A stretch of DNA of 64,000 nucleotides from an uncultured Rhizobiaceae bacterium (GCA_964350815.1 CAYGKW010000002.1:24447-88446), one strand, 5' to 3'. Shown: positions 38,717 to 49,123, numbered from the stretch's first letter. Numbers and translations are program-made. Notes: generated from the letters alone by a model not told the origin.

Positions 38717-41263
38717 ATGTCACATTATAACTTTAAAAAAGTCGAATCTAAATGGCAAAGCATTTGGACGGAAAAAGACGTATTCAAAACCGAAAGCCAA
38801 AGTAAAAAAGAAAAATTTTATATCCTAGAAATGTTCCCTTATCCTTCGGGGCGTTTGCATATGGGGCATGTGCGCAATTATGCTTTAGGGGACGTTTTAT
38901 CACGTTATAGAATGGCACAAGGTTATGAAGTTTTACATCCAATTGGATGGGATTCTTTTGGGCTTCCTGCTGAAAATGCAGCGATGGAAAATAAGTCGCA
39001 CCCAGGTGAATGGACTTATAAAAATATCGAAGTTATGAAAACACAGATGCAGTCTTTGGGATTAAGTTATGATTGGTCCCGAGAGTTTGCCACATGTGAT
39101 TCAAGCTATTATAAACATGAACAGAAAATGTTCTTGGATTTTTATAAAAACGGAATTGCCTATAAAAAGAAATCACAAGTGAATTGGGACCCTGTTGAAA
39201 ATACAGTTTTGGCCAACGAACAAGTTGTGGATGGCAAGGGGTGGCGTTCAGGCGCAACTGTTGAAAAGAAAGAATTATCCCAGTGGTTTTTTAAAATAAC
39301 TGACTTTGCAGAAGACCTATTGCAGGGGATTGATACTTTGGATAAATGGCCTGAAAAGGTGCGTACAATGCAACGTAACTGGATTGGGAAGTCATTTGGG
39401 GCCAACATACAATTCCACACAAAAGCGGGTGATACTGTGATTGATGTATATACAACACGCCCAGATACTATATTTGGGGCCTCTTTCGTTGTGTTGGCGA
39501 CTGATCATCCATTGGCAACAAAGGTTGCAGAAAAAAATCAGGACGTTGCTGGTTTTATTAAAAAATGGCAAGCAATTGGAACAAGTCAGAAAACCTTAGA
39601 AACAGTTGAAAAGTCTGGTATTGACACTGGAATTAAGGTTTTGTCACCCGTTGAAGACCGGGAAATTCCAGTTTATGTAGCAAACTATATTGTTTCAGAT
39701 TATGGCACGGGTGCTGTTTTTGGATGTCCTGCACATGACGAACGTGATTATGAATTTGCCAAAAATAATAATTTACAAATTTTATGCGTTAAAGGCGATA
39801 AAGATGGAACCCCATATGATGTTTCAAAGTCTGCAAACTTGGAAGAAGGTATAACGGTAAATTCAGATTTCTTGAATGGATTGCAGAAGGAAGATGCCAT
39901 TGAAAGAAGTATCCAAGAATTGGAAAAAGCAAATAAGGGCACAAGAAAAACAAATTATCGCCTACGTGACTGGGGGGTTTCCCGTCAGCGTTATTGGGGC
40001 TGTCCTATTCCAATTATCTATTGTGATGCATGTGGGGCTGTTCCCGTTCCAGAAGAGCAACTGCCTGTAAAATTACCCGAAGATGTAAGCTTTGATAAAC
40101 CTGGAAATCCATTAGAGCACCATCCAACTTGGAAAAAAACCACTTGTCCCAAATGTGAAGGCCCTGCAACAAAAGAAACAGATACATTTGACACCTTTAT
40201 GGAATCTTCATGGTATTTCTTAAGGTTTGTATCTCCACAGCATCTTCAAGCATTTGACCGAGAGCTTGTTGAAAAATGGCTTCCAGTTGACCAATATATT
40301 GGGGGAATTGAACATGCCATCCTTCATTTGCTTTATGCACGCTTTTTCTGTTATGCACTGAATAAGTGTGGATATATGGGTATAAAAGAGCCATTCAAGG
40401 CTTTGATGACACAAGGAATGGTGTGCCATGAAACCTATAAATCCGCAGCAGGAAAATGGATGTCCCCAGAACAGGTTTGTAAAGAAGGGTCAGGATACGT
40501 AGGGGTTACAACACAAGAAACTGTGAAAGTTGGCCCTTCAGAAAAAATGAGTAAATCTAAAAAAAATGTGGTGGATCCTCAATTCATAATTGATGAATAT
40601 GGTGCAGATGCAGCCAGATTATTTATATTATCTGATTCCCCGCCGGAACGTGATTTTGAATGGTCCGAGGCTGGTTTGCAAGGTGCCTGGCGTTATATTA
40701 AGCGTGTCTGGCAAATGATTCAAGAAGCAGCAAAAGTTAAGGCTGAAAAGCCGCAAAGATTAGGCATTCAGGCAGAAGATGGTTTGAAGATTATTCATAA
40801 AACAATAGATTGGGTGACCAAAGATCTGGAAGCTTTTCATTACAATAAAGCAATAGCAAGATTGCGAGAATTGACAAATAGTTTGGCAGATTTAGATCTT
40901 AATAAAGAAGATCAATCATGGGTGTATCGATTTGGTTGTGAAACATTATGTAGGTTGCTTGCCCCTTTTGCCCCGCATTTAACTGAAGAATTATGGCAAG
41001 ACTTAACAAATTCAAAAAATTCAACTATTCTAGAGGCAGGTTGGCCTTCCGTAGACCAATCATATTTGGCAGAAGCCATGGTAACGCTTGCTGTTCAGGT
41101 TAATGGCAAGGTAAGATCTAAAATTGAAGTGGCTGAAAACGCTTCAAAAGAAGAAATTGAAAGTATTGCATTGACAGATGAACAAGTTAAAAAGCATATG
41201 CTTGGGAAGTCTGCTAAGAAAGTTATTGTTGTGCCACAAAGGATAGTAAGCATTGTTATATAA
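38717..41263 (+). CDS. leuS: Leucine--tRNA ligase
   Basis: [37 protein letters not shown]. Confidence 0.98.
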   Translation: MSHYNFKKVESKWQSIWTEKDVFKTESQSKKEKFYILEMFPYPSGRLHMGHVRNYALGDVLSRYRMAQGYEVLHPIGWDSFGLPAENAAMENKSHPGEWTYKNIEVMKTQMQSLGLSYDWSREFATCDSSYYKHEQKMFLDFYKNGIAYKKKSQVNWDPVENTVLANEQVVDGKGWRSGATVEKKELSQWFFKITDFAEDLLQGIDTLDKWPEKVRTMQRNWIGKSFGANIQFHTKAGDTVIDVYTTRPDTIFGASFVVLATDHPLATKVAEKNQDVAGFIKKWQAIGTSQKTLETVEKSGIDTGIKVLSPVEDREIPVYVANYIVSDYGTGAVFGCPAHDERDYEFAKNNNLQILCVKGDKDGTPYDVSKSANLEEGITVNSDFLNGLQKEDAIERSIQELEKANKGTRKTNYRLRDWGVSRQRYWGCPIPIIYCDACGAVPVPEEQLPVKLPEDVSFDKPGNPLEHHPTWKKTTCPKCEGPATKETDTFDTFMESSWYFLRFVSPQHLQAFDRELVEKWLPVDQYIGGIEHAILHLLYARFFCYALNKCGYMGIKEPFKALMTQGMVCHETYKSAAGKWMSPEQVCKEGSGYVGVTTQETVKVGPSEKMSKSKKNVVDPQFIIDEYGADAARLFILSDSPPERDFEWSEAGLQGAWRYIKRVWQMIQEAAKVKAEKPQRLGIQAEDGLKIIHKTIDWVTKDLEAFHYNKAIARLRELTNSLADLDLNKEDQSWVYRFGCETLCRLLAPFAPHLTEELWQDLTNSKNSTILEAGWPSVDQSYLAEAMVTLAVQVNGKVRSKIEVAENASKEEIESIALTDEQVKKHMLGKSAKKVIVVPQRIVSIVI

Positions 41264-41780
41264 ATTATTTTTAAGTGTATTTGTTTTTTTCTGGCTTTCT
41301 GCGTGTGGTTTTAGACCTTTATACGGAGAAAGCTCATTGGAAGCTGCCAAATCTTTGGAGTCAATAAAGATAAGTATTATTGGGGACAGGGAAGGTCAGT
41401 TGTTAAGAAATAAACTTCGTCATTCATTAACGCCTTATGGTCAACCAAGACATCCAAAATATGAATTAAACATTTCTTTATCCTATACAGATAAGGGCCT
41501 TGGTATTGATAAAGATGCAACAACAACGCGAAACCAAATTATTCTAGATGTGCATTATTATTTGAAAGACTTTAGAAGTGGCAAGGTATTGTACCAAGAT
41601 AGTTTAAAATTGGTTTCTGATTTTAATATCTTAAAAACTTCTTATTATTCCAATGTTATTTCAGAAAAATCAGCAAAAGAAGGGTTGTTAAAAGAAGCAG
41701 CTGAATCTATAAAAATTGGCATAGCCAGCTATATGGAACATAAAAAATCATCCGATGAAGATTGCCCCAGCACAGTATAG
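41253..41780 (+). CDS. lptE: LPS assembly lipoprotein LptE
   Basis: Lipobox [11 protein letters not shown]; between leuS and holA. Confidence 0.85.
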   Translation: MLYKLFLSVFVFFWLSACGFRPLYGESSLEAAKSLESIKISIIGDREGQLLRNKLRHSLTPYGQPRHPKYELNISLSYTDKGLGIDKDATTTRNQIILDVHYYLKDFRSGKVLYQDSLKLVSDFNILKTSYYSNVISEKSAKEGLLKEAAESIKIGIASYMEHKKSSDEDCPSTV

Positions 41781-42783
41781 AGGCTTTTGCCAGACAGTTT
41801 CGGAAAAAATCCGGTCTGTTTTGTTTTATGGTGACAGCGAAGCTGATATTGCTCCTAAGCTTACCAAATTTATCCAGCAAGGTATGGGGCATAAAATATC
41901 AGATTTCCAGTTTATTGATTCTACAAGTCTTGTCAAAAAAGAAATATTTCTTACAGATTTAATCACCAGTCAATCTTTGTTTGGACCCCCTGAGCCTATT
42001 ATAGTTGAAAAGGCCACCGATAAGTTGGCCCCTGCAATTGAAGATTATTTAGAAAATAATCCCCAGTCTGGGATTATAATTGTAGTCAGCGATTCTTATC
42101 TTAAACCATCTTCGAAATTACGTCAGATGTATGAAAAAGAAGATACGCTTGCAGTGGTCGCTTGCTATGCAAGAACAGTGCCAGAAGTGTCACAAAATAT
42201 AATAGATGTTACTAATTTTTTGGATAAGACCATTGACAGGGCGGCTGTGCAAACATTGGCAGGCAATATTATTCAGGGCACCGCAACAGTAGAAAATGAA
42301 ATTAATAAAATTATAAATTATATAGGCCCAGACCAAAAAAATATTACGCTTGGGGATGTTCAAGATTGTAGTGTGACAAATACAGAAACAACAGAAAAAC
42401 AGATTTATGATGCCTTTTTACTAAAAAAATGGCCAGACATGCCTTTTTTGTTTCTTGAGGCTTCGTGTGAAGATATAAATGAAATAGCGCTTTTGCGTGG
42501 TTTAAATACAAAATTATTACAGGTTCTTGCAATAAAAACATTATTAGACGAGGGGAAAAGTTTAGACCAGGCAAGTCGTATTGTGTCCCCGCCAATTTTC
42601 TTCCAAGAAAAAGAAATGATAAATTTTGCAGTTAGGAACTGGAAAGTCGAAGAAATTAAATACACCTTAAATAAGTTATTGGAAATTGAAGAAACTGTGA
42701 AATATGCTTCAGGGTCTTTGGGAAGTTTGTTTTCTATGACAATTTTTTCAGATTTTTTAAAGAAAAAATGGAAGAAAGGTTAA
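41755..42783 (+). CDS. holA: DNA polymerase III delta subunit
   Basis: VLFYG, SLFG, SSKLR, VACY, PPIFF; synteny leuS-lptE-holA. Confidence 0.85.
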   Translation: MKIAPAQYRGFCQTVSEKIRSVLFYGDSEADIAPKLTKFIQQGMGHKISDFQFIDSTSLVKKEIFLTDLITSQSLFGPPEPIIVEKATDKLAPAIEDYLENNPQSGIIIVVSDSYLKPSSKLRQMYEKEDTLAVVACYARTVPEVSQNIIDVTNFLDKTIDRAAVQTLAGNIIQGTATVENEINKIINYIGPDQKNITLGDVQDCSVTNTETTEKQIYDAFLLKKWPDMPFLFLEASCEDINEIALLRGLNTKLLQVLAIKTLLDEGKSLDQASRIVSPPIFFQEKEMINFAVRNWKVEEIKYTLNKLLEIEETVKYASGSLGSLFSMTIFSDFLKKKWKKG

Positions 42784-42848
42784 TTTTTATACTTTGCTTT
42801 TTTAAAAAAAAGAGTATTTTAGATTGAACATTAAATAAGGAGAAAACT

Positions 42849-42923
42849 ATGAAAACTAATGTAAAACTAGTTTTATTAGTGATTTGTATTTTAAGCTTTT
42901 GCTCAGTTGCAGGGGTCCCGTAA
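42849..42923 (+). CDS. Unannotated 24-aa hydrophobic peptide
   Basis: TAAGGAGA RBS just before ATG; MKTNVKLVLLVICILSFCSVAGVP*. Confidence 0.55.
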   Translation: MKTNVKLVLLVICILSFCSVAGVP

Positions 42924-42944
42924 CCTTTTCTCGAAACAGGTTCA

Positions 42945-42996
42945 ATTTACCCCACTACCCTAAGTACTTATTAGTGCTTAGGGTAGTGGGGTAAAT
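42945..42996. repeat. 24-bp inverted repeat overlapping the LysR 3' end
   Basis: ATTTACCCCACTACCCTAAGTACT-TATT-AGTGCTTAGGGTAGTGGGGTAAAT, one G-T pair. Confidence 0.85.
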
Positions 42997-43967
42997 GGAT
43001 ACCCAGGCTGAATACCTGCCATTCTAAAAGACTTATTCCTTGATTCAAATAACCAGTTAATAATCATTTGACCGATTTTTGTTTCTAAAAACTCTTTTCT
43101 TGCACATACGTATATATCCAAAGCGTCCCCTTTAAAATCAGGAAAAACATTTTCCACCTTTAATTGTGAAAGTTTTACGGATTCTTCTGCCATTGCCATT
43201 ATCCCGCAACCCTTTTCACACAGCAAGTCAATCAAGCTTGTGCTGTAAATATTGTATATATTTAAGTTTTCTCGATCATTAAGCTGAGATCTGATTTGTG
43301 AGGATCCAAATAAAATTCTTGGGTCATCGAAGTTTTTTCGCATTAACAGTCTGTGCTTTTTTAATTCTTGAATATTTGAAGGGTTCCCATGTTTATCAAT
43401 ATATTCAGGAGATGCCCACAGTTTTTGTTTAAATGTATGGTAGGGGAAATAATGATTTTTAACTTGATCGCTTATAAGGTACGTAATCATAACTTCATTT
43501 AAAGCTTGATTCTTAACTTCCATATCATTTGTTTGCTTAAAGTTAATGGTAATATTGGGATTTTTTTCAATAAAGTCATTAACCCAGGAACCTATATAAT
43601 GATGAAGTATTGTATGTGTTGATGTAATAGTAACGCTATTTTCCGCTTGTGTGTTTTTAGACTTAATGTCCTCTGCAAACTGAATAATATAGCGCATAGA
43701 CTGGACAATATCGCGTGCATCCTGCGTGGGAATATATTTAGATGTAATAGGCTCTTTTTTAAAAAAACCTTCAGAATTTAGTTTTTTTTCTAACCTTGTC
43801 ACGGTGACACTTACCAAAGATGGGGTTATTCCAAGGGCTTTTGCGGTCGCTGTCGTATTGCCCAAGTCATATAATGTGCAAAATAGCTGCGCTTCAAAAA
43901 TGCTGAAATTAAATTTCTTCTTATTTGTTGTATCCATAACGAACCTCTGCCACTGATGGCTGATCAT
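42978..43967 (-). CDS. LysR-family transcriptional regulator (divergent)
   Basis: N-terminal HTH GNTTATAKALGITPSLVSVTVTRLEKKL; substrate domain FIEKNPNITI, WASPEYIDKHGNP, GCGI. Confidence 0.85.
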   Translation of the reverse strand: MISHQWQRFVMDTTNKKKFNFSIFEAQLFCTLYDLGNTTATAKALGITPSLVSVTVTRLEKKLNSEGFFKKEPITSKYIPTQDARDIVQSMRYIIQFAEDIKSKNTQAENSVTITSTHTILHHYIGSWVNDFIEKNPNITINFKQTNDMEVKNQALNEVMITYLISDQVKNHYFPYHTFKQKLWASPEYIDKHGNPSNIQELKKHRLLMRKNFDDPRILFGSSQIRSQLNDRENLNIYNIYSTSLIDLLCEKGCGIMAMAEESVKLSQLKVENVFPDFKGDALDIYVCARKEFLETKIGQMIINWLFESRNKSFRMAGIQPGYPFTPLP

Positions 43968-44239
43968 AAATTAATTACTAAATTTAAAATAGATTAAATT
44001 TTTGTAAAAATGCTCTTGATTAATTCTCTGAAATTACTAATATTTAAATCAGTAAAGCATTTTTTACAGAAAAAAATATTTTAGCTAACACTTTTTTAAA
44101 ATATTTAGTAAAGAGTCTCTACTTTATTAACAGAATTTGAAATTTTCTTCAAGTTTTGTTAAGTCAGGATACGCAGATTTTCTGCAAAATTGATGAAAGC
44201 TTATATGGAATTTTTTAAGAGATGAGTTGAGCGGTTCCA

Positions 44240-44370
44240 GCTACAGTACTTTCATAATATGAAATCCTCTTTTTTCTTTCTGTGTAGTAGAAAGAGCCTC
44301 CCTCACACTAATAACGGGGGATTTTATATTTTAAAAGGCACTTTTTTTTAAAGTGACTTTTAACTTTTTT
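44240..44370 (+). ncRNA. Candidate structured small RNA with CCTCCCT motif (boundaries approximate)
   Basis: 14-bp stem 44256-44269/44317-44330 with two G-U pairs, inner hairpin TCTTTCT/AGAAAGA, single-stranded GCCTCCCTCAC, then hairpin 44333-44361 plus T tract. Confidence 0.4.
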
Positions 44371-44490
44371 GGCTTAAGTTATGGTGTTTAATCAAATAAT
44401 TTCACTTGGGACATTGAAAATAACTTGACGTCTGACTATCTGTGCATTACAACCAAATGTAATTATTTAAAGTTTTAAAAGAGGACAGTT

Positions 44491-44772
44491 ATGACACGCC
44501 TTTGTGAAGTTACAGGAAAAAGACCCGTTGCAGGCAACAATGTAAGCCACGCAAACAATAAAACTAAGCGTCGCTTTTTACCAAATTTGCATAACGTAAC
44601 GTTTGCAAGTGAACTATTGAAAAAAAATGTTAGCCTACGTGTATCAACGGCAGGATTACGCACGATTGAACATAATGGTGGAATCGATAGTTACTTGAAG
44701 ACAACTTCAAATTCAAAACTTTCCCCGGAAATGTTGAAATTGAAAAAGCAGATTGTTAAAACTGCATCATAG
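44491..44772 (+). CDS. rpmB: 50S ribosomal protein L28
   Basis: [33 protein letters not shown]. Confidence 0.97.
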   Translation: MTRLCEVTGKRPVAGNNVSHANNKTKRRFLPNLHNVTFASELLKKNVSLRVSTAGLRTIEHNGGIDSYLKTTSNSKLSPEMLKLKKQIVKTAS

Positions 44773-44794
44773 TATGTTGGTAATTTAATTCAGG

Positions 44795-44819
44795 AACCCG
44801 CCATTGTGCGGGTTTTTTT
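44795..44819 (+). terminator. Intrinsic terminator after rpmB
   Basis: AACCCGC-CATTGT-GCGGGTT-TTTTT. Confidence 0.8.
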
Positions 44820-44824
44820 ATGGC

Positions 44825-45574
44825 ATGACATTAAATATTATTGAAATAATCAAAACCTTTAACCAGCTTCCTACACTTTATATTTTAGGAATAGAGGTTG
44901 TTTTTTGCCTTTTTGCTATCTCTGTGGCATTTAGGTACGGTCGTCTTATGGGTTTGTACCTATATATTGCAGTGGCAACAATTGTGGCTAACTTGGCTGT
45001 TCTTAAAACGGCTTTTTTCCCTGGGTACGGATCGGATATTGCTCTTGGGACTGGAATCTTTACATCAGTATTTTTATGTAATGATATTATCAATGAATAC
45101 TATGGCAAGAAAAGTGCCTTGAAAGCCGTAGCCGTAGGATTCTTTTCTTATTTAACCTTTCTGGCTATGACTTTTATTGTTACGGCCTATGCCCCTGCAT
45201 CTGATTCTTTAGAAAGTCATAGGGCCTTATTGTTGTTATTGTCCCCAGCGCCAGCCATTTTTATTGCAAGCATTGTGGCTTATTTATCCAGTCAGTACTT
45301 AGACCTTGTTTTGTACAGTGCATTCAAGAAAATGACCAAAAATAAATTTATTTCCTTTAGATCTTTTGTTTCAACGGCAATTGGATCATTTTGTGATAAT
45401 GTGATTTTTAGCCTTTTAGCATGGTATGTATTGGCCGCAAAACCTTTGCCTTTAGATAAAATATGGTGGACCTATATATGGGGTATTTATTTGATGCGGT
45501 TGGTTCTGTCCTTGTTAAATGCTGCTTATATGCCGATTATTAACCATTTAAAGCCAAAAAATTATGACAAATAG
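44825..45574 (+). CDS. yhhQ: Queuosine precursor transporter (YhhQ/VUT family)
   Basis: ANLAVLK, FLCNDIINEYYG, ASIVAYLSSQYLD, RSFVSTAIGSFCDNVIF; overlaps tgt. Confidence 0.88.
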   Translation: MTLNIIEIIKTFNQLPTLYILGIEVVFCLFAISVAFRYGRLMGLYLYIAVATIVANLAVLKTAFFPGYGSDIALGTGIFTSVFLCNDIINEYYGKKSALKAVAVGFFSYLTFLAMTFIVTAYAPASDSLESHRALLLLLSPAPAIFIASIVAYLSSQYLDLVLYSAFKKMTKNKFISFRSFVSTAIGSFCDNVIFSLLAWYVLAAKPLPLDKIWWTYIWGIYLMRLVLSLLNAAYMPIINHLKPKNYDK

Positions 45575-46754
45575 ATATCCAAATTTTTCATTTACATACA
45601 AAAGAACTTCCTCAAAGCACCGCGGACGATTGGGGGAAATAACAACACCACATGGCAAAGTGCAAACCCCTGCCTTTATATTTTGTGCAACAAAGGCAAC
45701 CATCAAGGCGGCAACAATTGATCAAGTTAAACAAGCAGGAACACAGATTATCTTATCAAACACTTACCACCTTATGTTGCAACCGGGGGCTGATATTGTT
45801 GAAAAAGCCGGAGGCCTTCATAAGTTTTGTGGCTGGGATGGCCCAATGCTGACAGATTCAGGTGGTTTTCAAATATTTAGTTTAGGGCATGGTTCTGTAG
45901 CAGAAGAAATAAAAGGCCGCCGCCAAAATGGGCAACGAAAGTCTTTTGTTAAAATTACAGAAGAGGGGGCAAAATTTAAATCTTACATTAATGGAAAAGA
46001 TTATTTATTAACCCCGGAAAAATCTATTGAAATTCAACGTAAATTAGGCCCAGATTTGGCCGTTGTTTTGGATGAATGCACCCCTTTTCACGTGGATAAA
46101 GACTATACCCAAAAATCAATGCGCATGAGTCACCGCTGGGCTTTGCGTAGCCTGGCTGAATTTGACCGTGGTAATGATGGACGCCAGGCTTTATATGGAA
46201 TTATACAGGGCGGGGTTTATGAAGACTTACGTAAAGAAAGCACAGATTTTGTGAATAACCATAATTTTTTTGGTCATGCTGTGGGAGGGTCCCTTGGGGC
46301 CAATAAAGCCCAAATGTATGAAGTTGTTGAAATGACAATGAAAATGCTGAAAGAAGATCGCCCTGTCCATTTGTTAGGTATTGGCGGTATTTCCGATCTT
46401 TTTGAAGGGGTTAAGCACGGAATTGATACATTTGACTGTGTTCATCCCACACGTATTGCGCGCCATGGTGCAGCACTTGTAAAAGGATCTGAAAAAGAAC
46501 ATATTAATTTGAACAATGCAAAATATAAGGAAGATTTTTCCCCTATAGAAAAAGATTGTCCTTGTGAGGCATGTAAAACATATACTCGGTCCTATATCCA
46601 TCACTTGCTGAAGGCAAAAGAGATCCTTGCATTGCAGCTGGTGACTATTCATAATATTGCATATATGAACCGATTGACAGTTGCCATCCGCCAAGCACTG
46701 GCAGATGATCGATTGGATGAGGAAAAGAAAAAGTGGCTTCCAACAAACGCGTAG
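45564..46754 (+). CDS. tgt: tRNA-guanine transglycosylase
   Basis: LSNTYHL, TDSGGFQIFSL, LDEC, GIIQGG, DTFDCVHPTR, CPCEAC zinc motif. Confidence 0.96.
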   Translation: MTNRYPNFSFTYKRTSSKHRGRLGEITTPHGKVQTPAFIFCATKATIKAATIDQVKQAGTQIILSNTYHLMLQPGADIVEKAGGLHKFCGWDGPMLTDSGGFQIFSLGHGSVAEEIKGRRQNGQRKSFVKITEEGAKFKSYINGKDYLLTPEKSIEIQRKLGPDLAVVLDECTPFHVDKDYTQKSMRMSHRWALRSLAEFDRGNDGRQALYGIIQGGVYEDLRKESTDFVNNHNFFGHAVGGSLGANKAQMYEVVEMTMKMLKEDRPVHLLGIGGISDLFEGVKHGIDTFDCVHPTRIARHGAALVKGSEKEHINLNNAKYKEDFSPIEKDCPCEACKTYTRSYIHHLLKAKEILALQLVTIHNIAYMNRLTVAIRQALADDRLDEEKKKWLPTNA

Positions 46755-47242
46755 GATCTAAGAAATTAAATGAGGTAGTTCATGGGCTTACCTCTAAAGT
46801 ATATGGAAAATATGGTTTTTTGAATGGAACAATTGTTCAAGATTGGCAAAAAATTGTTGGTGCCGATTATGCAAATTCTATTTTTCCTGAAAAAATAACC
46901 TTTCCGGCTCGTAAACGTAATCATGGTGTGTTAATTGTTAAGGCGTCCAGCCACAGCACAGCCTTAATATTTCAGCATATTCATGCCTATGTAATTGATC
47001 GTATTAATATGTATTATGGATATAGGGCCATTGATAAGATAAAAGTTATTGTTGGTAAGGTTAATATCCCTGTCCAAGAAGTGCAGGAAATTAAAAAAGT
47101 AAACATAAGCAAAACACAAGAAAACACCATTGAAAAATTGGTTGAAAATATAGATAATAAGGAACTGAAAGAATCTTTGAAAAATTTGGGCAGAAGAATT
47201 TTTTCTAAAAACATAGAAAATGATGAAAACAAACCTAAATAA
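46733..47242 (+). CDS. DUF721 / DciA family protein
   Basis: WQKIVG, PEKITF, GVLIV, IDRINMYYGY, LKESLKNLG. Confidence 0.8.
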   Translation: MASNKRVGSKKLNEVVHGLTSKVYGKYGFLNGTIVQDWQKIVGADYANSIFPEKITFPARKRNHGVLIVKASSHSTALIFQHIHAYVIDRINMYYGYRAIDKIKVIVGKVNIPVQEVQEIKKVNISKTQENTIEKLVENIDNKELKESLKNLGRRIFSKNIENDENKPK

Positions 47243-47258
47243 TAAGATAGAGGCATTA

Positions 47259-47918
47259 ATGAAGTTCGTTTTAATATTAATTTTTGGATTAATAGCAAGT
47301 CAGTCAAAAGCCAATATTATGGCCCCTTCAACAGAAATTGTTGTTGGCAGTAAAACTCCCACAGTTGTTTTGTATGAATATGGGTCGTTGACGTGTCATG
47401 TCTGCGCGAAATTTTCAACCCAGGTTAAGGACCGGCTTATGAAAGAATATGGGGAGCAACTTCAAATTGTTATGCGCCCGTTCCCTTTTAATAAAATTGA
47501 TATCGAAGGGTTCAAGGGCATTTTCTGCAGTGCAGACCCTGTTAAGGCGGCAAGATTGATATATGCAAAACAAGACGAATGGATCGCGGAAAAAGACCAA
47601 ATTCAAACAGTCATGAAGCTGTTGCAAGATATGGAAGGGGATTCAACACAGTTTAAAAAATGCATAACCAATGAACAGCTTGAAAAGCAAATTATTATGC
47701 GCCGTAATCTTTTAAAGGCAGGGGCAGCCCCAGTTTTGAAAATAGGTAAAGTAAAAGTCATAGGTCTTCCAAAATCAACAACCTTGGATGATTGGATCAA
47801 AGAAGCGATTCAATTTGTGAAATCAGGCAACACCTTATCTGATTTTGTAGGTTCTCCAGAACTACGTAAAGCTTTGGGTTTGAAGCCAATAAAAAATGTC
47901 AAAAAACACAAAAAATAA
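47259..47918 (+). CDS. DsbA/thioredoxin-fold periplasmic protein
   Basis: Signal peptide; EYGSLTCHVCAKF (CxxC), RPFP. Confidence 0.85.
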   Translation: MKFVLILIFGLIASQSKANIMAPSTEIVVGSKTPTVVLYEYGSLTCHVCAKFSTQVKDRLMKEYGEQLQIVMRPFPFNKIDIEGFKGIFCSADPVKAARLIYAKQDEWIAEKDQIQTVMKLLQDMEGDSTQFKKCITNEQLEKQIIMRRNLLKAGAAPVLKIGKVKVIGLPKSTTLDDWIKEAIQFVKSGNTLSDFVGSPELRKALGLKPIKNVKKHKK

Positions 47919-48153
47919 TTTTTCAGTTAAAGGTATAACAATCAAAGCCAGTACCGATATGGTTTCAGCCATTATCGTTGGTGCAGGTTTAGGCATTGTT
48001 ATTGATAGATATTTAGAAAGCTACCCCTGGGGTTTAATTATTGGTTTTCTTTTGGGGTCTGCAGCGGGTTTATTGAATGTTTATCGCGGATTGTGTAAGA
48101 TAGGTTACGGATTTGATAAACAAAATTCTAAAACAAAGGATTTAGATGGATAG
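47896..48153 (+). CDS. atpI: ATP synthase protein I (AtpI/AtpZ)
   Basis: IVGAGLGIVIDRYLESYPWGLIIGFLLGSAAGLLNVYR; first gene of F0 operon. Confidence 0.85.
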   Translation: MSKNTKNNFSVKGITIKASTDMVSAIIVGAGLGIVIDRYLESYPWGLIIGFLLGSAAGLLNVYRGLCKIGYGFDKQNSKTKDLDG

Positions 48154-48868
48154 CCCCCTACACCAGTTTGAAGTAAAAACCTTAATACCTATTGAAATTG
48201 CAGGATTTGATATTTCCATAACAAATTCAGCGGCATATATGGGGTTGGCTGTTTTTTTAACTTTGGCTTTGTTTTTTGTCGGAACCTCTAAACAGGCTGT
48301 GGTTCCAGGCCGCCTTCAATGCTTGGTTGAAATGTCTTATGAGTTTGTTGCGAATATGATCAAAGAAAATGTTGGAAAAGAAGGAAAAAAATATTTTCCA
48401 TTTGTGGCATCCATTTTCTTTTTTGTTTTGTTTGGCAATTTAATCGGTATGATTCCCTATAGCTTTACCTTTACTAGCCAGCTGATTGTTACTTTTGGTT
48501 TGGCATCATTGGTTTTTATAACGGTGACAATTATTGGGTTTTTGTGCCATGGCGTTAAATTTCTTAAATTTTTCATGCCGGAAGGGGCCCCAATATTATT
48601 GGCTCCAATTTTAATTCCAATTGAACTTATTTCATATTTGTCACGCCCAGTTAGTTTATCCGTTCGTTTGTTTGCAAATATGATGGCAGGGCATACCATG
48701 CTTAAAGTTTTTGCAATGTTTACAGTTCTTTTGGGCATGTACGGTGTTTCAACAATTTTATTGAATACAGTTTTAATAGGTTTTGAAATATTGGTGGCTT
48801 TTCTTCAAGCCTATGTATTTTCAATACTAACTTGTTTATACTTGAGTGATGCAATTCATATGCATTAA
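48146..48868 (+). CDS. atpB: F0F1 ATP synthase subunit a
   Basis: PLHQF, SLSVRLFANMMAGH, LQAYVF. Confidence 0.97.
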   Translation: MDSPLHQFEVKTLIPIEIAGFDISITNSAAYMGLAVFLTLALFFVGTSKQAVVPGRLQCLVEMSYEFVANMIKENVGKEGKKYFPFVASIFFFVLFGNLIGMIPYSFTFTSQLIVTFGLASLVFITVTIIGFLCHGVKFLKFFMPEGAPILLAPILIPIELISYLSRPVSLSVRLFANMMAGHTMLKVFAMFTVLLGMYGVSTILLNTVLIGFEILVAFLQAYVFSILTCLYLSDAIHMH

Positions 48869-48895
48869 AATCCATAACTATAAAAGGAGATAAAT

Positions 48896-49120
48896 ATGGA
48901 CGTAGAAGCAGCAAAAATGATAGGTGCCGGATTGGCAGTTCTTCCCTTGTTTGGGGTTGGTCTTGGAATTGGATCAATTTTTTCCACATTAATCAGTTCA
49001 GTCGCGCGCAATCCTGAAGCACGTAAAGATGTTTTCACGATTGGTATTTTAGGGTTTGCTTTAACAGAAGCAGTTGCTTTGTTTGCCTTGCTGATTGCTT
49101 TCTTAATCTTGTTTAAATAA
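48896..49120 (+). CDS. atpE: F0F1 ATP synthase subunit c
   Basis: GAGLA, GxGxG, ARNP, GFALTEA. Confidence 0.97.
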   Translation: MDVEAAKMIGAGLAVLPLFGVGLGIGSIFSTLISSVARNPEARKDVFTIGILGFALTEAVALFALLIAFLILFK

Positions 49121-49123
49121 GAA

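Noticed and set aside
44773-44824. preQ1 riboswitch upstream of yhhQ
   Set aside because: Only a simple terminator hairpin; no aptamer stem-loop with A-rich tail
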